Assembly (NCBI RefSeq): GCF_009914755.1
Contig: NC_060929.1
Reading direction: 5' to 3' (one strand)
DNA: 64,000 nt
Source of the DNA: the human T2T-CHM13v2.0 reference genome, Homo sapiens
Shown here: one piece after another, positions 44,144 to 62,900 of the stretch
Layout of the letters: each line of letters opens with the position of its first letter
How positions within the stretch are numbered: position 1 is the stretch's first letter
The notes under the pieces: generated by a model
Told to the model about the DNA's origin: nothing
The model's input: only the letters and a program-made list of their open reading frames with translations
Database searches by the model: none
Program-made: the position numbers and the translations under genes

Positions 44144-44676
44144 AATTGATTTTTAAAATTAGCTTTCTACTTGTGAACTTGCTTGATGGATTTGTTAGTT
44201 TCAGCAGCTGCTTTATAGATTGCTTAGGATGTTATACACAAAAAGTCATGTCTTTCACATCTATTTAGGATGGAATCTTGGTCTGTAGTTATCTGTTTTT
44301 TGGATAATGTCTTCATCAGGGTTTGTATATTAGGATTGTGCTGGCCTATTAAATGATCTTGAAAATATTCCCTCCTTCTCTATTTTCCGAACAAGTTTAT
44401 ATAAGACAGGTGTTATCACTTCCTTAAATGTATGATAGAATTCACCTGTGAAGGCATCGTGGCCTGGAATTTTTTATGCGGAAAGATTTTTCATAAGAAG
44501 ATCTTTTTTCCCCTAAATATAGGAAAGTTCAGTCTTTTCTGTTTTTATGTCCATACAGGTGAGTTGTAGTTTTCAGAGAATTTGTCCATTTCATTTAGGC
44601 TATCAAATTTTTTGGCAAAAGTGGATCATAATATCCTCTCATCATCCTTTTAATGTCTGTAGACTTTGTAGTGTAA

Positions 44677-44954
44677 GGCCAGGTGTCGTGGCTCACGCCT
44701 GTAATCCCAGCTCTTTGGGAGGCCGAGGTTAGGAGTTTGAGACTCAGCCTGACCAACATGGTGAAACACCGTCTCTGCTAAAAATACAAAAATTAGCTGG
44801 GTGTAGCGGCGTGCCGCTATAATCCCAGCTACTCAAGAGGCTGAGGCAGGAGAATCACTTTAACCTGGGAGGAAGAGGTTGCAGTGAGCTGAGATTGCAC
44901 CATTGCACTCCAGCCTGGGCGACAGAGTGAGACTTCATCTCAAAAAAAAAAAAA
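44677..44954 (+). mobile_element. AluS with a short left-arm deletion
   Basis: ggccgagg joined directly to ttaggag; TSD aga(c/a)tttgtagtgtaa at 44661-44676 and 44955-44970. Confidence 0.92.
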
Positions 44955-45753
44955 AGAATTTGTAGTGTAACCTCTCTTTCATTTCTTTATTTGTGTTTGT
45001 GTCCTCTCTCTTTTTTATTGTTCTGTCTAGGTGAGATTTATCAACTTGGTTGATCTTTTTGGAGAACCAACTTGTAGGCTTTATTACTTTTCTCTATTGT
45101 TAATCTGTTTTCTATTTTGTTGCTTTCTGTTCTTATCCTTATTATTTCCTGCATCTCTTTTACTCAGCTTGGTTTAGTTTGCTCCTTTTTTCTAGCTTCT
45201 TAGGTAGAACCTCAGGTCATTATTATTATTTTCTGACAATTTCATTGAGGAATAACTGACATACATTAAACTGCACGTATTTAAAGCATACAGTTTGATG
45301 AGCTTTGTTGTATGTACACACCCATGAAGCCATCACCACAATCAAGATAATGAACATATCTATCAACATATCCCCAAGAGTTTCCTTGGGTCCCTTTGTA
45401 TTCTTTCCCTCCTGACCCTCCTTGCCCTCCTTTATTTCCAAGCAATCACTGATTACTATAGAATAATTTCCATTTTCTCGGGTTTTATGTAAATAAAATT
45501 AGAGAGTGTATACTCCTTTTTGTGACATCTTTCACTAAGCATACTAATTCTGAGATTCACCCATGCTGTTGCATTTATCAGTTTATTTTCTTATTGTAAT
45601 AGCTTTATTGAAATATAATTTACGTACCATACAATGTATCCATTTAAAGTGTACCATTCAATGGATTTTAGTGGTTCATTTCCTTTTATTGGTCAATATT
45701 ATTCTAGTGCATTAGCTATCCTTTTTATCATTATAAAATGTTCTTCTTTATAG

Positions 45754-46061
<308 letters not shown>

Positions 46062-46872
46062 TGATACTCTCTATCTTGTAATGTATTTGATTTGATAGTA
46101 ATATAGCCATTCCAGCCTTCTTATGCTTGTTTGCATGATGTATCTTTTCCCATCCACTTACTTTCAATCTGTGTCTATTGAAGGTATATTTTTTATGGAG
46201 AGTGTATAATTGGCTTTTCATTTTTTAATCAATTCATATCTGCCTCTTATTTGGAATGTTTAGTCCACTAACAGCTAATGTAATTATTGATATGGTTGGA
46301 TTCAGGTCTACCATTTTAACATCTGTTTTTTTTGTTTTATTTTTATTTTCTTTTATATAGGTATTTTAGATTATTTGAACGATTTTTAAAAGCCATTTTA
46401 TTTATCCATTGGTTTTTTAGTTAAATCTCTTGGCATTTTTAAGTGGTTGTCCTGGGGATTACTATATACATCTTTAACTACACAGTCTACTTAGCCTAAT
46501 ATGGTACCAATTCATGTGAAACATAGGAACTTTTGAAACTGGAAGTCCATTTACCACCTTCCCTTTTATCCTTTATGTTGCAGTTCTCATACGTTATAAA
46601 TCCCATAATACGGTTACTGTTTTTGCCTTAAATGCATGTGTTTTAAAGAAATTAAGAGAAAATTTAATCTACTATGTACCCAAGTATTTGCCATTGAATC
46701 TTGAGCACTGAAGATCAGTGAGAAGGCAGCATACACGCTTGTTCTGTCCTTCACTCTGTCTCTGGCTAATCCTGTGCCTTTGGGCAAATCCCCTAAGGAC
46801 TTGGCCTCAGCTGTCTCCCTCTGTAGCAGGTCAGTAGGTGTCTTTGCCTACAGACTACAGACAGAACCAGAT

Positions 46873-46892
46873 ACACACACACACACACACAC
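46873..46892. repeat. (AC)10 microsatellite
   Basis: Read directly from the sequence. Confidence 0.9.
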
Positions 46893-47804
46893 CCAACTCT
46901 AGGTTCTCTAATTCTTGAGAAATTGCATTGTTAATGTGGATTTTAGACACTGAAACAGTTCCCAGAGGATACAGCTGTTTTTCCCAGGAAACTTTTACAA
47001 TAGCTGCCATATACGTGATGGTGTAGTCACTGTGCCATTGCCCCTGATGTGGACACTAACGAAGCTCTCAGCTGTGTTTCTAGGACTTCTACTGGCAGTT
47101 TTTGTGCGTCCTGCCCATCCTTCTCTTCTGAGATAGACCTCACCTGCAGCATCAAAAGGAGTAGTTTTATCTCTTGAGGGAGCTCCAGGGCCCAAGACTG
47201 TGGGAACCACTGCTGCTTGGAGGCACAAGATGAATCGCCCCAGGCAGGGAGGGTCAGGTTAGACAGCTGGGCCAGTCTAAACTGTTACCTGGACAGAACC
47301 AAAACTTTGGCAAAAAGTATTTAAATTCCTGCTTTCAGACATGAATTTCAGCTATGTTTTGCTGGCACATTTTCAGCATAATAGTACCAGAATCTGCCAA
47401 ATTGAAAAGCTAGGAGAGAGGACATCAAACTTCTCTTTGTTTAAAGTGAGAATAGGTCCCATGGCTGCATTTGCTGCCACCTGTGCCCATCTCCCCTCCA
47501 TCAGCCAGGCCACCCCAGAAAGTTAAATCCCTCCTTAATGTCCTCCTGCAGCTAGCCTGCTATCACAAAATGCCACTCACAGTCCATTCCTAACGGACTC
47601 AGGAAAAGTTCCAGTGGTAGTCTAGTAAGTGGCGCTCAGCGTGGGCTTGGGTGGCATTTTTATCGTGTCTGGAAGGAAAAAACTGCTCATGTCACATGAG
47701 ATACATATACTTTAAAAAAATTATAAATGCTGCTTAATTCATCCATTTTGTTGCCCCTTTTTAGGGTACAGGAGTGTTAATACTCACTTTGTGCCTTGAT
47801 TTCT

Positions 47805-48010
<206 letters not shown>

Positions 48011-48289
48011 GTGCCTTCATTTCTAGTGGAGCATTCCCAGGCCAAATTAGGTGAAGGGTCTCATTTCCTAGGATTTCTTCACAGGTGGCATCCGTCCTCA
48101 GATGGGCTACCTAGGACTAGGGATGGCTGCAGGTTTCAAGGAGCGAGTAGCTTGAATGTGTGATTCAAGGTTATTTAGTATCAAATTTGAGAATGCCCCA
48201 AACTTACCTTTTAACTGCTCGACCGCATGGCACCACCTTTTGGGAAATACTGTCTTTGGGCACTTCTGAACTAGTTCGCTGAGAGCCAG

Positions 48290-48500
48290 AGCTTTATCTC
48301 TTGTTCTCAGTCACATCCCAGTGCCTAGAAAATTGCCTAGCACATAGTATATGCTCAACAAACACCTGCTGAATGAATAATTTCATTGTGACAGCACTGT
48401 GTTTGTCCCTTATTAGACAGTAAATCCTATGAATGCAGGGACTGGGACCTAACCACCTTTGCCTCACAGGCCCAATAAATATTTCTTGAGTTGAATTAGA
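48290..48500 (+). mobile_element. L2 3' end fragments
   Basis: cccagtgcctagaa...tgcctagcacatagtatatgctcaacaaacacctgctgaatgaat. Confidence 0.7.
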
Positions 48501-49229
48501 AGTTGAGGTTCTAATTAGAGATGCCCTTTTTTCTCCTGGGGGTAATTGTTTACAAAATGTAAACAAAGTTCTAATGAACAGCATTTTCAGAACCTTAGGA
48601 CACACAGTGATAAAACTGTTTTACATTCCTCTCGTTATTACTAATTTTTCCCTGTGCTGTCCCCTCGCCTCTGCACTAGCTCTCAAGGGACCTGATTTAC
48701 TAAGCTCTGGGCCTGAGGATCAATTCTATCTTATGCTAATCAAGTGCAAATGAAGGCCTGGTGTCATTAAGTAGTTTAATGACTCTCTGTTGAGTGCTAG
48801 TGTAACAGGGGTGGGGAAATGTTGGATCTCTCTCATTCTCTTATTCTCTGGACCATAATCTAGGAGGCATGTGGGTTTACACAGAAAAGTGCCATCCGTC
48901 ACTGACAATTCTTTAAGAACAAGAAACTTTAAACAAAATGAAATTTCTGTCCCTGTTTATATGTAAGTGTCTGTCACTGAGCAGCAAGGGGACACGGGCT
49001 GGAGGACTGACAGCATAAAAGTGAGGAGACAAGTGTGCTGCTTGTGTTAGCCGCTCAGCAGAGCACCCCACATATGCTCAACATTGAGCTTCAGAGGAAA
49101 GGAAACTAAAATCAATCCTGAAAGAGCAAGCAATATAAATGTCATTGAATCCAGATTCTCAACAAACAGAATACACCTATGAAAGAGAAGGCAAAGAGAA
49201 CCAGCATGATCTGGGCCCCATTAGGCTAG

Positions 49230-49418
49230 GCTCGTGCTTCTCAAAGGATGGCACCGGACCTGCAGCTTCAGCCTCACCTGGGAGCTTGTTAAACATGCAG
49301 ATTCGTAGTCTCCCACCCAAACCTGCTGAAACAAGTGATGGGTGCAGAACCCAGCAATGTGGCTTAACAAGCCTTCCAGGTGATTCTGATATAAAGACCG
49401 GCTTAAAAGCCACGGGCT
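49230..49418. mobile_element. MER5A
   Basis: gtgcttctcaaag...cacctgggagcttgttaaacatgcagatt...ttaacaagccttccaggtgattctgat. Confidence 0.8.
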
Positions 49419-49459
49419 AATATTGTCTCATTTGATTCTCTTAGATCCTAAAAAGTAGA

Positions 49460-49922
49460 TGTGATGCTTAGTTTTAGGTGTCAACTTGACTAGCTTAAAA
49501 AAGATACCCAGAAAAAGGGTCTATGCATCAGATCCTTTAAAACAGTAAAACCTTGTTTATGGGAAGGTGTTTCCCAAAGAGACTGGCATTTGAATCAGTG
49601 GACTGAATTTGAATCAGAGGACAGGAAGATCTGCACTCACCAATGTGGGCAGGCACCAGCCAATAAGCCAAGGGCTTGGATAGAATAAAAAGGCAGTGGA
49701 AGTGCAAATTTGCCCTTGCTTCTTAAGCTGGGACGTTCATCATCTCCTTCCCCTGACATCGGTGCTCCCGGCTCTCAGGCTTTCAGACTTCGGGACTTAT
49801 GCTACTGCCTTCCCTGGTTCTCAGACTTGCAGACATCGTATCATGGGACTCCTCAGCCACCATAATCATGTGAGCCAATTTATATAATAAACTCAGCTCG
49901 CTTGCTCGCTCTCTCCCTCTCT

Positions 49923-49968
<46 letters not shown>

Positions 49969-50002
49969 CCTGTTGGTTCTTTGTCTAGAGAATGCTAATA
50001 TA
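49460..50002 (+). mobile_element. MLT2B-like ERVL solo LTR with internal (CT)n(AC)20 tract (49895-49966)
   Basis: tgtgatg...tgtcaacttgact...cataatcatgtgagccaatt...tgttggttct...gagaatgctaatata. Confidence 0.8.
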
Positions 50003-50095
50003 GCAGGTGTTGGTCGCCATTTACCAATGACGAAACTGAGACTTAGTAAAGCTCTGTAAGTTCCCCAGGTTTATACAACTAGAAATGTAGGTACT

Positions 50096-50444
<349 letters not shown>

Positions 50445-50448
50445 TTAT

Positions 50449-50790
50449 TGGTGTTTCTCAAACTGTAGTGTGTAATTGAATCACCTGGAGATTAAATGGC
50501 AAAATGTAGATTCCAATTCAGTAGTCAGAGAGCTTGCGAGTCAGTAGTTCTAACAAGCTTCAGGTGTTGCCAATGCCGCCGGTACACTGAGCACACCTTA
50601 AATACAAAGGCTTAATGTGTTAATGGGGTGGGCCCCAGAACTAAAGTCTCAGCCTCACCTGAGAACTCTTAGATCCAAATGCTTGGCCCCACCCAGACCT
50701 ACTGAGTCAGCAACTCTGGGGATGGGGCCTATCAGTTGGTTTTAACAAGCCCTTCAGGTGATTTTGATTCATGCATAAGTTTGAAAACTA
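50449..50790. mobile_element. Two adjacent MER5-family elements
   Basis: gtgtttctcaaactgtagtgtg...aatcacctggag; ccccacccagacctactgagtcagcaactctgggg...tttaacaagcccttcaggtgatt. Confidence 0.7.
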
Positions 50791-52544
50791 CAAATATATC
50801 ATCTTTCCATACTAGAAAACTCAGTATTGGCCAAGTTATGAAGTGTGGTGGTTCTTACATTGTAGATATTTGAAAGACATTAGAGAGAAACTAGACAAGA
50901 GAAAAAAGATAAAACATTTAAGCCTGAATAGTAGCTTGCATTAAGTGTTTTTCTGTGAGATAAGGACACATAAATGATTATCACTGGGCTAAACAATGAC
51001 AGTACTTCTCTGTAAAGGCTCTTGCAAATATGTGTAGAATGTAGAGCCAGTGGGCACAAGTACTGGGAGCTAAGAGAAGTTATGACCAAGGGACAGTATA
51101 ATATCTGAAGATGTAGACCTGGCATTGCACAGGAAAATGATGCTTAAAATTTTTCAAAGAAAATATATCTAACAGCAGAAGAAGATAAATCTCTGCTTGT
51201 CTGGCATGCAGAAAATGATCTGGGGGAAAAAAACAGCTTGGGATTTTTCTTTTTAATCTTGTGTAATCCTAGAAATTCATATGCAGTTTCATCTATATCA
51301 AACCAATGCATGTTGCTTTGATATAAATAACATTTTAAATTACCATTAAGATAAAAGGGGAGAGATGCTGTTGCACTTAGTCTGTTAGACTCATAAAATG
51401 TACTGAAGTGGTATGATACCAAGTATCAGAATCAGCACCCATGTATATTTCTTTTCTGTCTTGGTGCTACAGCATTTGGAGAACTTGGAATACATGAAAA
51501 CAAATGGCAACAGCTTGTGGGTGGCTTTGAGAGCTATGTAAAGGCAGTCACTGAGGACAGGGGCCCAGAGTGTTGCAAGAGGTGTTTTGTTCCGGTGTTT
51601 AGGAGCTGCTTGGGTGCGGATTTTGAGAAGTGAATCTTCAAGTGGTTTTTGAAAATAGAAAAGATCTTTGATCTATGCATCAGATCCTTTTAATTTCAAG
51701 AAAATACTCATCAAAGTTTTTTGAGTAAAGATGATCAAAGACGTTCTGTACTATACCACTCACACTGTCATTTCATTACATGTAAATGAAGGGAGGGTCT
51801 CAAATGACTCAGTTCCTGCGATCACATCTCTTTATCCAGCATTCAGACTCCAATTCATCAAAGCAGTCTTGTCACAAACATGAAAGCATTCAGTTCTGTC
51901 GTGAAGTTGCAGATCAAGAATGTTCAGTCTTAAAAGTGCTTAATAAGTCAACGTTTAAAGCTACAGTGATTATTTAAGTGAATAGTACTTTTGTTCATCT
52001 TAACCAGGTTTTTTACCCCTTTCCATAACATTCAGGGGAATGGAGGATGAGACAAAAACAAAACAATATAATTCTGAGTTTGAAAAAGTGGATCAAAAAT
52101 TTCTTCCATCAAAACCTGCATTCTTCTATATAAAATCAAGAAACATTTAAAAATCACTTCCTGTTTCATTGCAAATGTGTGTAAGAATATGAACAATCTT
52201 TTTGTTTTTAAAATAACATCTACCATTTGTACCATTCCATTGAATACAACAAGAAAAGTAACAGACTCTGTCAGAAGCTCAAGGAACCAAGTTAGGGACA
52301 AAGGTGCATTTAGATATTTGGCCTCCATTTCTCACCTTCACAACAACTCTTTGCCTGTCAGATTTGGCACTATCTGAGCCCATGGATGTATTTTAAATGG
52401 ACATTTCTCTCAGCATTTTACCGTGAAACACTGTAAATTAGTATTTTTAGAGACATAACTATTAAGTAAAATATATAATGGCCAAATTATTAATAACAGT
52501 GTTTTCACCAGAGCTATGAGGCAAACAGCCTGGTCAATCTCAAT

Positions 52545-53330
52545 CTCTTATGGATTCATTTTATATTAGCTTTTATACGCCAGGTACTGTGTTAGCACTG
52601 GGTATACAAAGGTAATCAAGTGAGACATAACCCCTGCCTACACAGAACTTATAGATAGACATTATTCAAATAAGTACTGATTTATGAACTGTTATAAATA
52701 CAATAAGGGGAAAGTCCATTGATAGCATGTAACAGAAGGGCTTGACCTTATAAGGGAGTAGGATGGGCAGGAAATATCCGGGAAGGGTTCCCTTGGAAAT
52801 CGTGTTTGAGCTAAGATCTGGAAGACAAATAGGCAGAGGAAAGACTGTGGACTGGGAAGCTTCCCAAGCAGTGGAGCTGCAAGTACAAAGACTCGGAGGT
52901 GGGAAAGGGCATGGGAGAACAAGAGGGATGGAAAGGAAGCCAGGATGGCCTGCAAGCTGAGAGCTCAGGGCAGAGTGGTGGAGATCAGAGGTGCACCTGG
53001 AGAGCTGGCAGGGACCAGGCCATGCAGCAGAGCCTCATAGCCAGCTTGCTGCCTGGAATTGACCCTAAGACCAACGGGAAGTGGGAGTTTTAAACAGGAG
53101 AATGACAGGATTAAATACATAGTTTGCAAGCTTACACTGGCTGATGAGAATAGACTGGGTTGGGCAGGTATTGCCAAGCTCAGATGAAAGCTGATGGTAC
53201 CTGCGTTCTGGTAGTAGAGAGACGCAAGTGACTTTACAGGATTGGATGATGGACTGGCTCTGGGGAGGAGAGAGAAGGAAGCAGCAAGGATGACCCCTGG
53301 CTTGCATACTGATATATCTGGTGATTTAAT
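52545..53330 (-). mobile_element. L2 fragment
   Basis: ttcatt...gccaggtactgtgttagcactggg...ttgagctaagatctggaag...ttttaaacaggagaatgacaggat. Confidence 0.75.
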
Positions 53331-54688
53331 TGTGAGTTCTGATGCCTTTGACTTTCAGTAATGACTCAGACATTTCTACCAAATGCTGTCTACCTTCCCA
53401 CGGTGATTCTGAAATGGGTGTTGAAGGAGGCATCCAGTATTTATTTCCTTACTTGTTTGTTATTGTACTGATCCTGGCCTTGACTCATTTTAGTTGCTAA
53501 AAAGTCTCATGATTTTTTATTTTTTGTTTTTGTTTTTTTTTAAATAAAAGGTTGACATGAACACATCATACTAAGAGGGATGTTTTCATATTGTTTTTAG
53601 GGTTTTCTCCTACAAGAGATAGGTTTATGTCGCAAATGAATTTAAATTCTATAATTTAAGGTCATGGGAGAACTTGGGAGCAGGGGAAGGAGGCTAGTTC
53701 ATAAAATCTATCCATCATAAATTATATAAATTTAATAAAAATCAATGTTTTAAATAGTTACCTAAGTAGGTCTTACACTTGGTAGATTGACAGCTGTTAT
53801 ACACAATTCCCTAGTTATGGTTTGAAGCAGTGTATTATCTTATGCCCAGGCTCATAGTAGGGTGTCCCAGGGACTGTGACATGACATTAACCTCACTCCT
53901 CTGTTTCAGGCTGTTCTGATTTCGTCTTGTTTATTTTCATAGGTTTTGAAACTACAGTTCAGACTTCCAATTTTCAGCCATCAATCCGTATACTCAGTTG
54001 AACATACAATTTTCCCAATACTTTATTATGAAAATCTTTAACCATATAGAGTTAGAAGGACTGTAAGTGAATACACATGTACTCAGTACCTACATTCTGT
54101 AATTAGCATGTTGCTTGATCATATAACCATCTGTGTCTCCCTGTAGACATCCAGCAGCCCATCTAATTTCTGACAGATTTCCAACTATCAAAAAAAAAAG
54201 TTGCATATATCAGTATGTTTCACCCCTTGTAACTTCAGCATGCACATTATTAACTAGAGTTTAACATTTGTTTTCATCTATTCTAAGGTAGAAGTTACAT
54301 ACAGCAAAATACGTACATCTTAGGCATAGCCTTCCGTGAGGTTTTTAACTTTTTTTTAATTATACTTCAAGTTCTGGGGTACATGTGCAGAATGTGCAGA
54401 TTTGTTACATAAGTATACATGTGCCATGGTGGTTTCCTGCACCCATCAACCCTTCACATTAGGTATTTCTCCTAATGCTGTCCCTCCCCTAACCCCCACC
54501 CCACCCTCCGACAGGCCCCAGTGTGTGATGTGTGATGTTCCCCTCACTGTGTCCATGTGTTCTCATTGTTCAACTCCCACTTATGAGTGAGAACATGTGG
54601 TGTTTGGTTGTCTGTTCTTGTGTTAGTTTGCCAATAATGATGGTTTCCAGCTTCATGTTCCTGCAGAGGACATGAACTCATCCTTTTT

Positions 54689-58737
<4,049 letters not shown>

Positions 58738-58779
58738 TATGATGCTAGCTGGTTATTTTGCCTGTTAGTTGATGTAGTT

Positions 58780-59065
<286 letters not shown>

Positions 59066-59096
59066 GATGTAGTTTCTTTATAGTGTCGATGGTCTT

Positions 59097-60130
59097 TACA
59101 ATTTGGTATGTTTTTGCAGTGGCTGGTACTGGTTTTTCCTTTCCATGTTTAGTGCTTCTTTCAGGAGCTCTTGTAAGGCAGGCCTGGTGTTGAGAAAATC
59201 TCTCGGTATTTGCTTGTCTGTAAAGGATTTTATTTCTCCTTCACTTATGAAGCTTAGTTTGGCTGGACATGAAATTCTGGGTTGAAAATTCTTTTCTTTA
59301 AGAATGTTGAATATTGGTCCCCACTCTCTTCTAGCTTATAGGGTTTCTGCAGAGATATCCGCTGTTACTCTAATGGGCTTCCCTTTGTGGGTAACCCGAC
59401 CTTTCTCACTGGCTGCCCTTAACATTTTTTCCTTCATTTCAACCTTGGTGAATTCACCAATTACATGTCTTAGGGTGTCTTGGGGTTGCTCTTCTCGAGG
59501 AGTATCTTTGTGGTGTTCTCTGTAATTCCTGAATTTGAATGTTGGCCTGTCTTGCTAGGTTGGGGAAGTTCTCCTGGATAATATCCTGAAGAGTGTTTTC
59601 CAACTTGGTTCCATTCTCCCCATCACTTTCAGGTACACCAGTCAAATGTAGGTTTGGTCTTTTCACATAGTCCCATATTTCTTGGAGGCCTTGTTCATTC
59701 CTTTTCATTCTTTTTTCTCTAATCTTGTCTTCTAGCTTTATTTCTTTAGTTGATCTTCAATCTCTGATATCCTTTTTTCTGCTTGATCAATTCGGCTATT
59801 GATACTTGTGTATGCTTCATGAAGTTCTCGTGCTGTGTTTTTCAGCTACATCAGGTCATTTATGTTCTTCTCTAAACTGGTTATTCTAGATAGCAATTCA
59901 TCTAACCTTTTTTCAAGGTTCTTAGTTTCCTTGCATTGGGTTAGAACATGCTCCTTTAGCTCGGAGGAGTTTGTTATTACCCACCTTCGGAAGCCTACTT
60001 CTGTCAATTCGTCAAACTCATTCTCTGTCCAGTTTTGTTCCCTTGCTGGCAAGGAGTTGTGATCCTTTGGAGGAGAAGAGGTGTTCTGGTTTTTGGAATT
60101 TTCAGCCTTTTTGCGCTGGTGTCTCCCCAT
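59097..60130 (-). pseudogene. Disrupted L1 ORF1
   Basis: Fragments MGRHQRKKAENSKNQ... and ...QEIWDYVKRPNL...ENFPNLARQANIQIQE in separate ORFs. Confidence 0.9.
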
Positions 60131-60829
60131 CTTCATGTATTTATCTACCTTTGGTCTTTCATGTTGGTGACCTTCAGATGGAGTCTCTGAGTAGACGTCC
60201 TTTTTGTTGATGTTGATGCTATTCCTGTCTGTTAGTTTTCCTTCTAACAGGCCCCTCTGCTACAGGTCTCCTGGAGTTTGCTGGAGATCCACTCCCGACA
60301 CTGTTTGCCTGGGTATCACCAGTGGAGGCTGCAGAACAGCAAAGATTGCTCCCTGATCCTTCCTCTGGAAGCTTCAGCCCAAAGGGGCACCAGCCAGATG
60401 CCAGCCAGAGCTCTCCTGTATGAGGTGTCTGTCGGCCCCTACTGGGAGGTGTCTCCCAGTCAGGATACATGGGGGTCAGGGACACACTTGAGGAGGCAGT
60501 CTGACCTTAGCAGAGCTTGCACGCTGTGCTGGGAGATCCGCTGCTCTCCTCAGAGCTGTCAGGCCGGGATGTTTAAGTCTGCTGAAGCTGTGCCCACAGC
60601 TGCCCCTTCCCCAACATGCTCTGTCCCAGGGAGATGGGGGTTTTATCTATAAGTCCCTGACTGGGAATGCTGCCTTTTTTTCAGAGATGGCCTGCCCAGA
60701 GAGGAGGAATCTAGAGAGGCAGTCTGGCCACAGCGGCCTTACTGAGCTGCGGTGGGCTCCACCCAGTTCGAACTTCCTGGTGGCTTTGTTTACACTATGA
60801 GGGTAAAACCACCTACTCAAGTTTCAGCA

Positions 60830-61039
60830 ATGGCAGATACCCCTCCCCACGCCAAGCTCAAGCATCCCAAGTTGACCTTAGACTACTGTGCCGGCAGCGA
60901 GAATTTCAGGCCAGTGGATCTGAGCTTTCTGGGCTCTGTGGAGGTGGGACCCGCTGAGCCAGACCACTTGGCTCCCTGGCTTCAGTCTCCTTTCCAGGAG
61001 AGTGAGTGGTTCTTTCACTGGTGTTCCAGGCAGCACTAG
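60830..61039 (+). other. Open L1 ORF0-homologous ORF (69 aa) in the antisense 5' UTR
   Basis: gcaATGG Kozak; MADTPPHAKL..LDYCAGS..SVEVGPAEP aligns with recalled L1HS ORF0 MAGAPPPASL..SDCCASN..SVGVGPSEP; expression unknown. Confidence 0.55.
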
Positions 61040-62709
61040 GGTATGAAAAAAAAATCCTGCATCTAGCTTGGTGTCTGTCCAAACGGCCGCCCAGTTTTGT
61101 GCTTGAAACCCAGGGTCCTGGTGGCATAGGCACCAGAGGGAATCCCCTGGTCTGCGGATTGCAAAGACTGTGGGAAGAGTGCTGTATCTGGGCCGGAATG
61201 TACCATTCCTCAGGGCACAGTCCCTCATGGCTTCCCTTGGATAGGGGAGGGAATTCTCCGACCACTTGTGTTTCCCAGGTGAGGCAATGCCCCACCCTGC
61301 TTTGGCTCACCCTCCGTGGGCTGCACCCACTGCCCAACCAGTCCCAATGAGATGAACCCCGGGTACCTCAGTTGGAAATACAGAATTCACCTGCCTTCTG
61401 CGGCGATCTCTCTGGAAGCTGCAGACGGGAGCTGTTCCTATTTGGCCCTCTTGTCTGCAATCCCTTCCTTGAGTTTTGACAAAGCATATAATACTGGAAC
61501 CTTATCCCCATCACGATATTAAACCTTGCCGTCCCAAAAGTCCCTTCATGCCCCTTCACAGTCTATCTCTGTCCACCCATCCTGCTCGCCCCCAGAGGTG
61601 ACCACTTTTCTGAATTACTTAACCATAGATTAGAGTTTGAGTGTATACTGTCACGGTTGGCTTCTCTCACTCATAATGTTTTTGAGGTTCATCTTCACTG
61701 TATCATTTTTTTTCCTTTTTATTACTGAATATTCCTTTGCATCAGTCTATCGCAGTGTGGAGAATCTACTTCTGCTGATGGACTCCAGGGCTGTTTCCAG
61801 CTTTTGGCTGCTTTGAACATTCTTGGACAAGTTTTCTTGTGAATATATGCTTCTGTTTGCCTTGAGTAAACACTTAGGAGTGGGACTGTTGGGCTGCGTA
61901 GTAGGTGGATGGCTAATTTTAAAAGAAACTGGCAGGCCTTTTTTCCAAAGTGGTTGTACAATTTTATACTCCCTCCAACTATGTATGAGAGTTCCAGTTG
62001 TTCCATAGCCTTGACAAAACTTCTTTTTAATTTTAGACATTCTGGTGGGTGTGTAGATAAATAGGATTTTTAAATGATTAAGAGACAAATGACCCTGAAA
62101 TCATGCACACATACACACAAATACCTAACTCAGAATTAATAGTGCTTTTTAGAACCAAGCAAAATCAGATGTTTGTAAACAAAGCATTTAGCACAAGGAC
62201 AGCAAAATTTGTGGCAACTTATAATATTTTGAAGTAATTAAGGGTTTGAAATTATTTTTCTCCCTGAAACAAGCTGTAAGCCTCCAAGGACTTGCTGAGG
62301 AATCCCAGCTTCGAGCTCTGGCAAAGAGCTTCACAGGCCAAGGAGAGCAGTATTCACATTGCACAAACTAAGCACTAAAGCCTTCGGTTTCCCCAGTAAC
62401 ACACAAAATCAAACTTCCCAGTCACTGCTGCAAATGAGAATATTCTACATTTTATGCTTTTACAAGAGGAGAAACACACCACACTACAGAGAGACTGACT
62501 GGCATGGGGCATTGATGCCATTGAATCCCCGTCCCTTTGCTTTGAGTTAGTTTGCACATGACAAAACCTTTTGATAAGAGATACTCACACGTCCCCCCAA
62601 ATTTCAAGGAAAACTGTGTTTCAGAGAGATGTCCCGCACTAATGCAGGGGGTGTTTCCTTGACCCCAGTTTAACAAGCCCGGTCCTGGCACATCCCTTCT
62701 GGGGCTTCA

Positions 62710-62900
62710 CTGTAAACAGCAGCTTGACAGAGCAAATGGTTTTAGAGCCAAAGGGACACATTTGAAATTGGCTCTGCATACTACCTGTGTGGCTTGGGCA
62801 AGTTTCTTAACCTCTTAAACCTCAGCTTCCTTGCCTGTTCCAAGCAATGAGGATACCTCCCCTTGTGCAAGAGTGCCATCATGATTAGACTGCAGATGTC
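62710..62900 (+). mobile_element. MIR
   Basis: ttgggcaagtttcttaacctcttaaacctcagcttcctt. Confidence 0.65.

Noticed and set aside
47445-47465. ORF peptide VRIGPM identical to a recalled upstream PDE8B segment (EVRIGPMRL)
   Set aside because: Six residues only, no flanking similarity and no splice sites; chance
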